From positions 310,001-374,000 of the forward strand of contig QPGO01000049.1 in assembly GCA_008632985.1 (NCBI GenBank): DNA of 64,000 nt, written 5' to 3'. Below, piece after piece: positions 33,788 through 46,665 of the stretch. Under the pieces are notes generated by a model. It saw only the letters and a program-made list of their open reading frames with translations. It was not told the DNA's origin and made no database searches. A program made the translations under genes and the position numbers. Every line of letters begins with the position of its first letter. Position 1 is the first letter of the stretch. This DNA comes from Psammoneis japonica (taxonomy: Eukaryota).

Positions 33788-35728
33788 CTAGCCAGGCACA
33801 CCTCCAGTCCGAACATGTGAAACATGAAGGGGTTCCACCGAGTGTTCCAGTTGTGATTGGCCTTCCATGTTGCTCCGAGTGCCAGTTGTTCTGGAAACAG
33901 CAATTGTGGTCTCCTTCTTCAATCCAATCTTCCCTTGCTTGGCAAGGTCCTTGACAATGTAGGCAACAACAATTGTGTTGTGCAGAATGTAGCCGCTGTC
34001 GAGAAGACCACCAACCACACGCATCAGCTGTTCCAAATCTGCAGAGTGTGTCTTGCCAACAGTGTTCTGCATGCATCGAAGTTGCCATTTGCCAGCATCT
34101 GGAACGAGGACAAAGAAGTCAAGGAAGGGCTGGCTGTTGTCTTCGGGGATGAACCACTGGGCCTCATTGGATGACTTGTCCTCATCTTTGATCGCGTCTT
34201 CTGGCAAACTCTGGTTAGCGGTGACATCCTGGACTGCAGCAGGCAGATTGTAAATCTTGCCTGTTGGCCATAACACCCTTGTTTTTTTGCTTGTCGTACC
34301 CATCATAACATGTGCGGGCTGTGCCCTTTGGCCCATGACTGCATGCTGCGATGCTGCCAGATCATGACAGTGATGTAAATGTACAGCAAAGTCGGCCTCA
34401 AAAATCTCACCTGGAGCACCGTTGACAAGATGTTCCTTCATCAGCGGACAAAACTCGAAGAACTTGTTTCGTGCACCAGTGTTGCGGCCTGCTGCATTGG
34501 CCAAGTAACTGGAGGTGTACAGTGCAACTTGCCCACCATCAGCAAGGCACCTTTGAAGAGCAGAATTCACAGCCTCGCAGTGCCTGTCACCAGCAGCTAC
34601 AGTTCTGTCACCCATCCTTTTGATGATGCTTTCACATTCATCCTGGATCTCTTCTATGGTGAAGTTGAAGAACCACCGTGCATTGATTCCGCAACAGCAG
34701 AACTTGCTGTCAACCAGGTCTTCCTCTGTCACACTTGATGCATCCTCTGTGTCAAGGGTCTTGCAGACTTGTTTCTTTAGTTCTGGGTCCTGGAGACCTT
34801 TGATGTGGTCTTGTCGAGTAAAGGGGCGCATGATTTTTTCCTCCACGTTGATTGCACGTCTAGCTTCTTCTTTCTTCGCGGCTGCTCCCAGTGATGAAAC
34901 GTGAATCACACGTCTCTTGCCTCTTCTCGATTGATGACATGCCACGTCACTTGCCCAGCCACAAGCAGCGGGGCCTTGGTTGGATTGTGCTGCATCTGAA
35001 ACATCAGCAGGGGCGTCCACGATTAACACCTCAGAATTCTCAAATACATCGAGCTCGAGAATGTCCGAAAGCTGTCCAGGCAAATCTTCAAAACCACAGA
35101 CGATGCCACCCTTAAATTGAAAGACCTCCCAGCTGTCGGAATTGGATCGACGACCCACCCAAATCACATCCTCCGTTGTCCCAAGATGCTCCGCCACGGC
35201 CCAAGCCAAGTTGCTCTTACCAGTGCCGGGAGCACCAATGAACTCGATGTTGAAGTCCTCCACCCCTTCATGTGAGTCCACCAATTGGTCAAAAAGTTCC
35301 TGCATCCCTTCACGTCCACAACAGCGAACACTGTCCGAGGCGCTGGGTGTCAAGATTTTAAACTTGTTGACCGTCAGATCAATGCACTTGTGTGATTCCA
35401 CCTTGGCATCGGCACTTGCATCTCTGATTTTCCTTCTCTTCGTGTGTGGCTCTTCAACTGCCAAGTCTGTTTTAGAAGCTTTCCATTTTCCGTCCCAGAC
35501 CTTCCATCTTCCCAAAACTTTGTTTGCAAGGGCGTTCGGGAGCCCGTCCGCAGTCAGAATTTCGTGCGTGAGTGTGCCAAACGAGTCAGCATCATCGCAT
35601 CCTTTGGGTTGGAGCATTGCAGCAGCTTCGAGGGCGTCTTTTTGCCTCATGCCAAATCCGGTTGTTTCGTTGGCTAACCACACCGCCAGCTCTTCGGGAT
35701 CACCAAATGGAGGCTTGTCATCACTCAT
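33788..35728 (-). CDS. Crinkler-like protein (N-terminal header, P-loop NTPase, C-terminal restriction-endonuclease-like domain); probably decaying
   Basis: Open 646-codon frame with Walker A GAPGTGKS, LIVD, G.NARWFF, GEIFEADF and LDF...MQNTVGKTHS motifs; only 5 Tyr, none in the first ~400 aa. Confidence 0.65.
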   Translation of the reverse strand: MSDDKPPFGDPEELAVWLANETTGFGMRQKDALEAAAMLQPKGCDDADSFGTLTHEILTADGLPNALANKVLGRWKVWDGKWKASKTDLAVEEPHTKRRKIRDASADAKVESHKCIDLTVNKFKILTPSASDSVRCCGREGMQELFDQLVDSHEGVEDFNIEFIGAPGTGKSNLAWAVAEHLGTTEDVIWVGRRSNSDSWEVFQFKGGIVCGFEDLPGQLSDILELDVFENSEVLIVDAPADVSDAAQSNQGPAACGWASDVACHQSRRGKRRVIHVSSLGAAAKKEEARRAINVEEKIMRPFTRQDHIKGLQDPELKKQVCKTLDTEDASSVTEEDLVDSKFCCCGINARWFFNFTIEEIQDECESIIKRMGDRTVAAGDRHCEAVNSALQRCLADGGQVALYTSSYLANAAGRNTGARNKFFEFCPLMKEHLVNGAPGEIFEADFAVHLHHCHDLAASQHAVMGQRAQPAHVMMGTTSKKTRVLWPTGKIYNLPAAVQDVTANQSLPEDAIKDEDKSSNEAQWFIPEDNSQPFLDFFVLVPDAGKWQLRCMQNTVGKTHSADLEQLMRVVGGLLDSGYILHNTIVVAYIVKDLAKQGKIGLKKETTIAVSRTTGTRSNMEGQSQLEHSVEPLHVSHVRTGGVPG

Positions 35729-38250
35729 GGTTGATTCCAATTGGTGGTGGTGGTTGTTCCAATGTCATGACGTTCTTGCGGAATGTCCTCCTCCTTCCGA
35801 GTCAGAGCAACCGGCAATTTCAATGGAAAAAAGCTGATTGCAGCTGATTGAATTTTAATGGATGACAATGGACCGGCCACGAACGAAAGCAGGAGAATTT
35901 TCGTTTCATTGCGACCACTCAGGTTCAAGGTGGTTGGTGATTGCAGACTTTTCGTGTCAGGCCAACCCCAACCGAGCGAAAAAAGAAAATGAAAAAGACG
36001 AAACAGCTCGAAAAGCTCGAACTCACCCGGATTTTCACCCTCGACTCTTTTTCAACTCGGCCGAAACACTCTCCATCGTGAGTCTGTGCGTTGACCGTTG
36101 TCGTGTGCGCGCACACCCAAAGTCTCCACACAGACGACTCTCGCGGAAGTGAGACAGACAATGTGCCAGGGTCGCATGCAGGTGATTTGTTGCCGTGCCC
36201 TCCTGGTGTGTTTCGTGTAGAATTCTCCGTAGAAAAGTTTTGTGCGCATGTAGAAACATGCGGGGATTCCGGAGGCATCGTAACAAACCGTCCGTCTGAC
36301 TTCCGCGAGAGTCTATGAGGAGACCTTCGTGTGCGTGCGAGCGCGCGCAAAGATCGGTCGATGCACAGACTCCATGGGCACAACATCGTACGAGCGATGG
36401 TGGTGTTTGCATGACATTTGTTTGTCTTCAACATGAATGTAGAAGACAAACCACAAATTTCAGAAAAATGCACCACACATCAACATCACCCGCCCACGCC
36501 GCTCGCCATCTCAATGTCAAAACAATGTCAAAGATGTTGTCCGGAACTGACGACGACTGTTTCAGGAAACATTTGTCGGTGTCAACATAAAGCCAACTGG
36601 GAATGCTGCAACCCTTTTCACTGAACATTGGAGGTGAGTTTAAGCTGACCAAAGTGGGAAAGACCCGGGGAAGCTCGTCGTCAACCTGACTCTCGTGCCG
36701 CTCGCTCTCGTGTTTCTTCAGAATGGCATGGTTGTTTGCAACGTTGAGCGTCATGACAAAGTCGGTGATGCCACATGCAACCATCTGTTGCTCCAAACGT
36801 TTTGTGCTGACTTTGAGACCGAGAGGGCGACAAGAACAAACAAGAACAATGTCCAAGATGTCGCGGCGGTGAGTTTGTCTCTTCTCAGTTGAAGTGAATT
36901 CGGCGCTTTCTCCTTGTCCCAGTTTTCAATGATCTCACCAACCTTTGCATCACTTGTTTGTTCTCTTACATTCTCTGATGTTGACAGCAACGCGTGTCTT
37001 GAATTTGCTCTCGTCGCTGGGCCAATTCTTCGTGTCCAACCGCATTTGCTGCCGACACGTGTTGCTGCAGAACAGTCAAAACCGCCCTTTCAACATCAAC
37101 GGGTGGGTGCAATGACATTCATTTAAGGGTTTCACCTGGTGCCCCCTTTCAAAGGAATGAGCAGAACTGAGCAAGGTCGATTTGCCTCTGACAAATTCTG
37201 GAGAAAGGTGCACCTGCAGCTGTTCGCGACAACATCTTCTTCAATTTCTTCCTGTAGCTAAATTAATTTTGACAAGTCTGCAAAATTAATTTAGCTACTG
37301 ATTGGTGGTTTTCAAGAACGGGGACGCATCGGCTCATTTTCCGTCATCGTTTGTCGGCTTCTCTCGTGTTTCAGTGCGAGGCGCACCATGCAGTCGAACT
37401 AGTCAAGTTCTTGCGAACACCAAATTTATTATCTTTTTAAATTCTATATAAAGTTGATTATGGAATGGTTTCTACGTTCTACGGGATGTTGTGCCCATAG
37501 ACTCACGATGGAGAGTGCGGCCGAAACGAAAAAAGAGTCCGACTCTTTTTTCACAAACCCGGAAGTGTGAAAAAAGAGAAAAGAGTGATGTGGGCCGCAT
37601 GCTGTCATACAATTCGTACATGCGTCTTGGTTTACGTAGGACACCAGTAAAGCAATCCAAAGTTCGCCTCACGCACCGCATCATCAAGTCGCCATGGCGG
37701 TCTGTGATTGTTTTTGACGACTTCTTTCAATGTCATGACTGTATAAGTAACACCAATTGATAATTTGAAATAGATATGATATATCTCTTGAAGGAACTGG
37801 TGAAGTATGTAGCAGTTCTTCTACAACAGACCTTTTGTCTTCAAATGATGTTGCCGGTCTTGATGTGCATCATAGAAAGTCGACACATAAGGTCCCTAAA
37901 GTAGATCTTTATGACACAGAAATAACCATACTGACTAATTTAGATACGACTTATTCAATGGGGCTATTCTTATGTTGTTTGATTTTAGATTAGGGGCTCG
38001 AAATGGCCCGAGAAGTGTACAAAAACTTTCCACTTGACAACCACTTAAGTCATCCCATTAGCCTGTTGTATTTGCACTGAACAAAAAAAGAAATAGCACC
38101 CACCGACTAAGAAAAAAATGGAGGTTCTAATGGTGTTATTCTCATTGTCATAAGGTAGAACTTCGATGCCGTTATGGTCGTCATCTTCACTGTCGTGTGA
38201 GGCCTCTCGCTTTGCTTATCATCAGCATGCCCAAGACACCCGGATATTTA

Positions 38251-38997
38251 GAGTAGAACGCAATTTAAGGCCCGGCGTGAAGGCCCTTGTGCTATCAGGC
38301 TCAAATCATGGATTCGAGGTACGAGCTCCACAAAAACATAACGAGAACAGTGCTCGACGAATGGTCAGCGGCCGTTTCCACCTGCAGTGCAGTTGCAAAA
38401 AAATGACCATGCCACCACAAATGGAGGTCCAAACGAACAATACTACACCAATCCTCACCACATTGATGCACAAATGGATCCTGAGCAGCTTCGTCGCTGC
38501 AGTCAATGGATCCATTGACTTGCTCCTCATGGCTCTCCTCTGTTTCTCTGGTGCCTCTCATTGAACTCTTCTTGCTTTTGAAAATTACAACTGGTTTCTC
38601 CTTGTTGCACTGACCTTCACAAAGAAAGATGACACAGTCAACAAACATGATGGAGCACATTCTTCCGTCTTCGGAGGCTTCTTCGGCGGCGCCATGGTGC
38701 GTCGTTTGTGTCGCATCGAGATGCGATGTGGGATCCTGCGCAGGACGTAGCACCAACTCTGCGTGTGTGACGTGGAGGGCCTTAAATCATGACCATCCTG
38801 TCATCCTCGCTCTTCGGACATTTTGGTTCACGCGACAAAACTCATCAACTGCACGGATTTGAGAAAGTGGAACAATTTTTTTCTGACAAGTTCAATGAGA
38901 TCTTTCATGCAAACACACAAAAGTGCAAAATGCACGCGCATCACATGTCGTCTTCATAGATGGAGTTCTTGGCCGGGCCTTAAATTGCGTTCTGCTC
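38251..38997. mobile_element. Non-autonomous TIR element (GAG...CTC ends, TA on both flanks)
   Basis: GAGTAGAACGCAATTTAAGGCCCGGC (38251-38276) is inverted at 38972-38997 as GCCGGGCCTTAAATTGCGTTCTGCTC, with one mismatch. Confidence 0.75.
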
Positions 38998-39122
38998 TAG
39001 CTTTTTAATTTTCACGCCGGTTGGGTCACCAAAACGACAAAATGAAAAAAGAGTTGAGGTTGGCTCTTTTTCATTTTCTTTTTTCGCTCGGCTGGGGTTG
39101 GCCTCAGTCGGTGAGGTTTGAT

Positions 39123-39178
39123 TTGTCGGGTTGTCGGGTTGTCCGGTTGTCCACTTGTCGGGTTGTCCAGTTGTCTGG
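39123..39178. repeat. Tandem 8-mer (TTGTCGGG-like) array, 7 units
   Basis: ttgtcggg ttgtcggg ttgtccgg ttgtccac ttgtcggg ttgtccag ttgtctgg; a weak inverted relative lies at ~12845-12873. Confidence 0.7.
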
Positions 39179-42100
39179 ATTTGAAAGTGTGTCCCTTGGA
39201 TTTGGCAGCAGCGTGGGTTATTTGCTGTAGTGCGAACAAGTCATTCGGATTCCGACAATGATCATTGGGGACATCGGAGTTCTGGGGACTCCCCACTGCT
39301 CGAGTGTGGTTGGGCCTGAGTAATTCTAAAAACCGTTGACGGCCGTCACTTTGTAATTTGGCAGCATTTTAGTGTTCTGTGCATGAGGCATTTATGCAGA
39401 AATTACACACGTGCAAGCATCAGGGGGAACGAGCGCAGTGAAGAGACAACGCGAGCGAAGAGACCGACAATGATGCAAGAGCCACAGAGAGACACAAAGA
39501 CAGCAATCCAACGATGTTGCAAGAGGGTGCAAAAGAGAGAAAAGATCCATTTGAGTTGGTGCCATGTCTTCAACAAAAAAGAACAAAGCAAGACAACACT
39601 GGCATGCACACAAAAACTCACACAGAGAAGCATGGCACCAGCGCCTGAAAAATGACCACATCTGCGGTGACATGGAACAACACAAGGAGGTGAGAACACA
39701 ATTTTCTACAAACACAAGGCAACAACGAGCAAATGACCAACAGAAACTCACCAGCAGGGTCAAAACTTGGGGTGCCTGGATCGTCAATGGCGGGCAGGGA
39801 GGACAGATGGAAGAGAGGCAGTGTGGTGGTTCCACAGAGCAGGATGACAAAAGCAGGTGGCAAATTGGCACAAGCAATGGTGGAAAGTCAGTGCTTGGGC
39901 TCAAGTGACTCATCCAGTCCATGCAAATCATGGCAGCAGCTTGGAGAACGGAGGCAGCGCCACGGTGGGACGGCATGGACCGGGGAGAGAAGAAGTGCTG
40001 CGGCAGAACGGCATGGAACGGGGACGGAGCCAAAAACGGTGATGGTGATGGTGCAGACCCATGGACTCAGACATCCCTGTCTTCGAGTCCTGCACATCAA
40101 GATTTGGGGCAAGGATGTTCAAGGTGAGCACCACTGCGAACGAGAACGGGGAAAACGAGACATGATTCTGCAAGAATCAGAACTCACCACATTGTGAGTC
40201 ATTCTGACCCATTCTAGGGCCGGGGCTCACTCACACAGCATGACCCAATGGATTGCAACACTGTCAAGCAAGGCAGGAGTTGGGAGGCAGTGTTGCACTG
40301 GTCAAATCAGCCAAAAGTGCCATTGTTGGAGGGAGCGGCGGTTGTCGATCGGCCGCTCAGAAAAATTGTGAGCCATCAACTTGACCACGCACTGCTCAGA
40401 GTTGCACAGAATCTCTTGGTGCAAAATGCACACAAATGCACGTCAGTGTAAAAATCATGCAGAATGGTTGCAACAAGCAAAACCTTGCTGTCTCTCTGCA
40501 GCTCACAAGGATTCTTCCATCAAACAATGCCAGCACGTGTGATTCTAAGTGGCTTGATTTGAATCAGTCCCACCAACGTTTTTAAATTTTGATCTTGCCA
40601 ATGGTTTCAGGTGCTGAGATTAACACAGACACAAGTTTGAATTGAACATCAGGCATTTAGAAATTTCAATCATTGCGCGACTGCCAGTTGGCACCAAAAA
40701 CCATCACCTCCAAGTAAACCTGCAGTGCAAAAGTGAACTTTTTCAGTGCTGTGGGACGTCAGTCTTGCACATAAAAGTGCTCCCCAAGCAGGTGACAGTT
40801 GAACTGAACATGTGAAATCCTCACAGCGGGAGACCCTGTGTGCACTCCCTGTGCATTCAATGTGTCTCAGTTCCGACCTTCTCATTGGGTTGCACAATGG
40901 CGAGAACAACCCACAGCTTGTCATGTGGCCTTCTCGTTGGGCTAAAGCCCTCCTCGTTGTCCACCCTCCTTGCCGGGGTCATTCTTGCCATTGTGCAACC
41001 CGCCTCGTTGGTCTCCACCTCATTGCTTGGACCCTCCTTGTTGGGCTCCACAAGTGCACAGCAGGGCGCGCACCTGCAGGACTTCCTAAAAAATCGACAA
41101 ATTCCCTGTGATGGGTGCATGGAACTCGTTTTTCAGGAGAGCTCGAAACTGCTGTGAAAGTGGGGTTGTCGGCGTGGTGTGTTGAAAAATGAATTCAGAT
41201 TTTATGAAGATGATTTGTTGCACATTGCATGTGAAACGTGAAACAGTCACATTGGAAAAACCATGTCGAACAACAAGTGAGCTTGTGCAATGTGCTGCAG
41301 TCAGCTCATGTTGGCATGCACTGGGGGCGCACGCGGCATTTGAGTGTGCATTGCAGAGAGGGTGTGTGATGTTCATTCCTCACACAAAACTGCACATGTT
41401 TGCCACACACGTGGAATCTGCACCATCACTTGTGCAGTTTGAAATCTTGTGCTTCTCCCTCATGACTCTCACGACGCTTTTTCACATTCGCGTGGCCACC
41501 ACACTGCAACTTTTGAAAAAACTCATGACCTGCCTTCATCAATTGTTTGGTCCTGCTGGGCACAAAGAAGCCCAGGACCACTTCTTGGAGGCAAATGATG
41601 GTCAACAAGGGCATTTGCAGTTGTTGCAAGTGTGGTCTTAATGATTTCATCACCTCAAACTGGTCGCATCACGGATTCAGACATGGTCTGTCAGTCCATC
41701 AGTCTGTCTGTTAGCAGGGAAGCCTGACCTTTGTCCGAGGGGTCAGGCCGGATTTTTGGCACATGTCACAGAGAGGGCACATGTTAAAAAGTGCATGCCA
41801 AAGCAAGCAGACTGCACTTCTGGCAGTGAAGTGGACAAAAAAAGTGTCCGTGCACTTTGCCGCAGCCCCAAAAATCGCATGAGCCATCAAACATGACGGT
41901 CATCCAAGTCAATGGTGTGGTGGCACTGCCTCCCTGCAGCTGCACGCAACACCAGCCCTGGCAGCAGGGCCCTTTGTGCACCACACATGCAATGCAGCAT
42001 GCAATGACAACAACCAATGGCTGGCCAGTGTGGTGGCCCTGCCACCCTGCCGGCAATGTGCTCAGTGCAAACATGCCAGCCCCGGCGGTGCAGTGCCGGC

Positions 42101-44399
42101 AGGGCCCCTGCAGTGCTGCATGCACAAACAGGCAATGAACAGCACACACACATCCACACCCACAAAGAAAGACAAGTGGTCAATGTTCCCGCGGACTGGT
42201 TTGGCTGCTCTGTGGCAGCTGGAGCAGCTGCTCCAGCCAGTGGTCATCCATGCAAGCATCACATTTCGGGTGAATGTGACGTGTGTCAACAATCAACAAC
42301 ATGATGCTCCAGCCCCAATGCCACCACTGTTTTTCCAATGCTCCCCAGCTGTTTTGCCATTGAAAGCAAAGCATTGAACACCACTGGGCATGGGTGCGCA
42401 TGGTTGACTCTCTTCGCACCCAAGTTTAGATGGAGACATGAAGCCCGCAAGACAAGCAGCACTCTTGGCATCTGTCTTGAAGCAGATCTTTCTGGAGGAT
42501 GGTGCCTCCAGGCCAAGATGACCGGTCTCAGTCTTTGTGACTTTGATTGGGTTGGTTGACAAACCTCTCACTTTTCCAGTGTTGTTGAGACAGGGACCCT
42601 GATCAACGTCACTGGATCATGCACACGCTTTGGAGAAGCAATTTTTTTTGCTCCGTCGCTCTCACCATGTCTGATTTCTTTGCTTCCGGCCTTGATGACA
42701 ATGCCTTTGTCACCCTTGCTCAGCATCTTCAGTCTGATGTGACTTTGCCATTTTGGCTTGGTCTCCTTCGTCACAATTGCCTCAGGACCCTCTCTTGGGC
42801 TTGGGTCATCAGGGGGGCATCAGGGGTTGAACGCCCAAGGAGGCTTAAGTCTGGGTGGTCACAGTGCCTTGCAAGATGTCGTCAGTCATGGATGCGACAT
42901 CAATTGAGCTGAACTCGGAGAAGTCAACTCTCATCACAACTTTGTCAGGCAGTTTTCAAGTGAAGCCAATGGTCTCGAGTCTCGACCCTGGTTTGGATGG
43001 CACAGGACGTGCTGCCAATGACCAGGATTCCAAGCCCAGGGACGCACCAGGTGTCGACTTCTTTGCAGTGGGAGAGAACGGAGCAATCCAGGGTGCGCTC
43101 AATGCAGAGGAGAAAGATGCATTTGTCGAATGCACCTCATCATTGTGTCATCTGGTTGGAAGGGACAGACACTTCGCGCTGCCTCGGGATCATTGGTGGT
43201 GGAGCCACATTCTGTCTCAAGGAGACTGGAGGCTGCAAGGTCAAGCACAAGGGCAGCAGGAAGGAGCTCAGCCCGGAGGGTGTGGCGGCAATCTTGAAAA
43301 TGCTTGACACTGGGTTCTGCCAGCCAGTTCTTGAAGGCAACTGTGTTGCACCAAACGCATTGGTGAGGTGGGAGACCCAAGCATGATGCTCTTGCCGGGT
43401 GGCGGCAAAATTTTCTAATCTGCCAAAATTTGGACAATGACATGTCCAAGGACAAGATTGATGCTGCTCTGAAGGAGTGCAAGGAGGCGGCAGCTTGCAA
43501 AACCACTGCCAGGTCTTGGCAGGATGCCAACCCCTTCCCCACTCTGTTCAGAGCCTTTGTCCCTTGGGGTGTTACGATCTCAAGCAGAGGTGTTTGTTGG
43601 TCCTGTGGGTCAGAGCGGTTCACATGTGTGGCACACAAAATTGGGGCAGGTGGATGGTCAGATGGTTGCATTGATTCTTTCATCTGCTTTGCACATGACA
43701 TTTGGCAAACTCAAGTTTGTGTGCAAAAATGTCCTGGAGAATTGCCCACATTTGGGACAAACATTTTGCCAACAAAGATGCCATTGCAAACATTGACAAT
43801 GCTGTTGCCAGATCCTCTTCTGATGAGAGCCCTGCCCCTTGGACCCCTGCAAGTGAGTCAGACATGGATTTGTTTTTGGTGGTCCCCGAGAATGAACAAA
43901 AAAAGGGATCCCCACGCTCGACCAAGAAAGTCATGGACAAAAGCCATCGAGCCCATTAAATGCCTGGAGCCACAGGTGTTGGTGCAGATGATGCTGAAAT
44001 TGTCTCACCGGAGTTTGCACAAGGCATCAAGGAGAAAGCCATGTTGCTTCAATTCAATTGCCAGGATGCTGAAGATGGCAGTGACAACCCACACATGGGT
44101 TGAGTTGCAATCCTCCAATGGGGTGGCACATGCAAGTTTGTCACCTGCAGGCACAATTTGTCAACCCACACAAACAATGAAATGGGGCATCTTGAACACT
44201 GTGTTGGTCTGCACAAATGTGTGCATGCAAACAACCATTCAGCCAGCATTGAGTTTCCCAGTGCCAGCTGGACAAGGGAAAACAAGCGTGCGGTTGAGCT
44301 TTGGGAGGGGCACAAGTGGAAAAGTGGATTTGACATCTCGCTTGGCCTGGTTGTCAGTGAAAGCTCCGGTGACAATCAGCGGCAAAATCCAGTCACTGC

Positions 44400-44842
44400 C
44401 TTTTTTTGAACCAATTGATTAAAGAATCAGAACCATTTGAAGTTGTCAGTGACAACTTTCAATGTGCAGATGGCATGAAGATTGGGGTTGTTGCTTGCAA
44501 CCCAGGAGTGCAAGAAGAAGCTTTTTCAGGAGTTGGCAGAATGGGAAGCATCAATCTGGGGAAGGAAGATTTGGTGGGCTGTTCTCACTTGTGCAATGGG
44601 TTCAAACAAAAGTTGCTGTGGTCCCAGGAGAGAAGGACAATGTGATGATTTGCACTGGGGAAATCACCAGAGAAAACAGGGCCACAGAGCAGCACATCAA
44701 ATGCAGTGCAAATGCTTGCAAAGGATGTTCAGGTGGCGTCATGATTGTGATGGAACATGGGCATCCTGACTTTGGGAAAGCAATTGCAGTTCATGTGGGC
44801 TGGTGCAAGACATTGAGGACTGACACATTGGCTTCAAATTAG
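44400..44842 (+). pseudogene. Trypsin-like serine protease domain fragment, degenerate
   Basis: IKCSANACKGCSGGVMIVM...HPDFGKAIAVHVG resembles the G.SG...AVH end of trypsin-like domains; upstream frames are broken. Confidence 0.45.
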
Positions 44843-46324
44843 CCGGGAACTTCAATGGGGTTTGGGAGCCACAAATGGTCTTGTTTGGGGGAACATGCCG
44901 GAGACCATGCGCTTCAACCACAAACAATTCCCCGGAAGTGCACCACTTTTAACTGCTTTGAGCTTGGTGTTTTTAACCTCTTCTAAAACACTGATTGCTC
45001 TTGCGAGCATTTCACAAGACATTGCTTGTGTTCCCAGTTTGCAACAGACTTCATTGACTGTCTTCTCATCAAACAAATCTTTTAAAATTCAATTGATTTG
45101 CAAGGCTTTTAAACATTCCTCAACAGAAAAAACTCTTTAAGAATGGCCTTTTGGCTTTTGCTGTTTTGACTCCTTTTTGCAACAAGCAGATGCAACGATG
45201 TCTTTCGACAAAACAATCTCAACCTGTTCACCATGTTCCAAAACATGATGGATCAACTCCTGGAGCAGAGGAATTGGATGACGCCAACCAGGACACCGCG
45301 TGCAGGAAGCACATCCTTGCCTTCACCCCAATCCCAAATGTGCACAAACCAGCTGTCCAATGTGCACTGCCCACAACTGACTCCTGGTGCAGGATGCTGT
45401 TCTGGGTGCAGGCTTTCACAGACAACCCCAGAGCCACTGTTGCCCGCTGGTCCTGATGGTGTTGGCAGCTGTGATGCAACAGGTTTCCTTCAGCAACAAG
45501 CAGCACTTGCATGATCAGGAGTCACCAGCAATCTGTTTGGTCCTGGTTTACACTGGGGCACTCCACAGCCCCCTCTCTCTCCATTCTTCCCACAGGATGC
45601 AACAAATGCCACAGGAACAAATTGATCTGGCAGGTCTCCATTGGATGGCAGTGCCACCCAGCACTTTGTGCATTTGTTGCTGCCACTGGGACCAGGGGCC
45701 AGATCAAGTTGCACAACACAGCCCTGTGGCTGTGGCAGGACTCACCCAAATGCAGCTTCCACCAGAGGAAACTCTGACAACTCTCCTGAAGAAGCAAAGC
45801 CCACTTGGACAGAGTGCTGAGTGTGCTGCAGTGTCAAGATGGCATCACATTTAATGTTGAGCTCATGATTGCATGTTGTTTTGTCTTTTGTGGCAAACAT
45901 TGGTGCTGGAGTGCAGCAAAACAATGGGCAGGCCTCTCCGCAGGTCCAGCCTGGGGCTCCGGTTCAGCATCCAGCAAGTCGTGCTGGTGCCGGAAACTGT
46001 GCATGCTCCTTCAACAAGATGCTTCTGCCATCCATGCTTGCCCATCAGGAACAGCAAAGCCCCATCACTTGCTCACCACATGGTGCAACAAAGACAGCAT
46101 CAAGTGGCACGTCATTTGCACAGCAACTGCGGGGTTTTGGCACAGGGAGTGACATGCACGGGGTGCCAGGGTCACCTTTGCAGCCTTGCAGCAATCCTGT
46201 CATGCAAGGTTCTTTGCCAGGTGGACTGGCTGGTGGCATGTGGGGGGTGCATCCAGGGCAGCAGGGCATGCCACAGCACTGTCCTGCAACTTTGCCTGGT
46301 CCACCAACTCAGTTTGCAGCATCA

Positions 46325-46665
46325 AACAAAGGACCAGAAGGAGCCAATCTGTTCACATTCCATGCACCAAACCACTTTACAAACCTGGACATGTGCTGCC
46401 TGTTTTGGCAATGCAGAAACTTGTTCAATGTCCACATCATGGTGGGAAAAGAGAGGGGGTGCAGTCCCGGTTTTGATTTTGTTTCTTTTTGTGACAATCC
46501 TGAGTCTGTGTCCATGGTGATCAAGGAGTTGAATGGCTTTGCTGCAAGTGTTGCATCATGCTGTCACACATTCATTTGATCTGGCCTCCCACATTTTGCT
46601 TTGTTTCTGTGTTTGGTGACCCCCTTAGATCAGAAGCAAGTGGCTCAAAGTGCAACACAAGCAAC
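46325..46665 (+). pseudogene. CELF/Bruno-family RNA-binding protein, C-terminal RRM with retained intron, hypermutated
   Basis: GPEGANLFTFHAPNHFTNLDM...GFDFVSFCDNPES...IKELNGFA, then an intron 46544-46628 (GCAAGT...TTAG), then IRSKWLKVQHKQ; matches CELF RRM3 (GPEGANLFI.H.P...GFGFVSY...NGF.IG.KRLKVQ). Confidence 0.8.

Noticed and set aside
42980..43950. Possible gag-like relic of another retroelement (CLGIIGGGATFCLK)
   Set aside because: Too degenerate to assign without a profile search.
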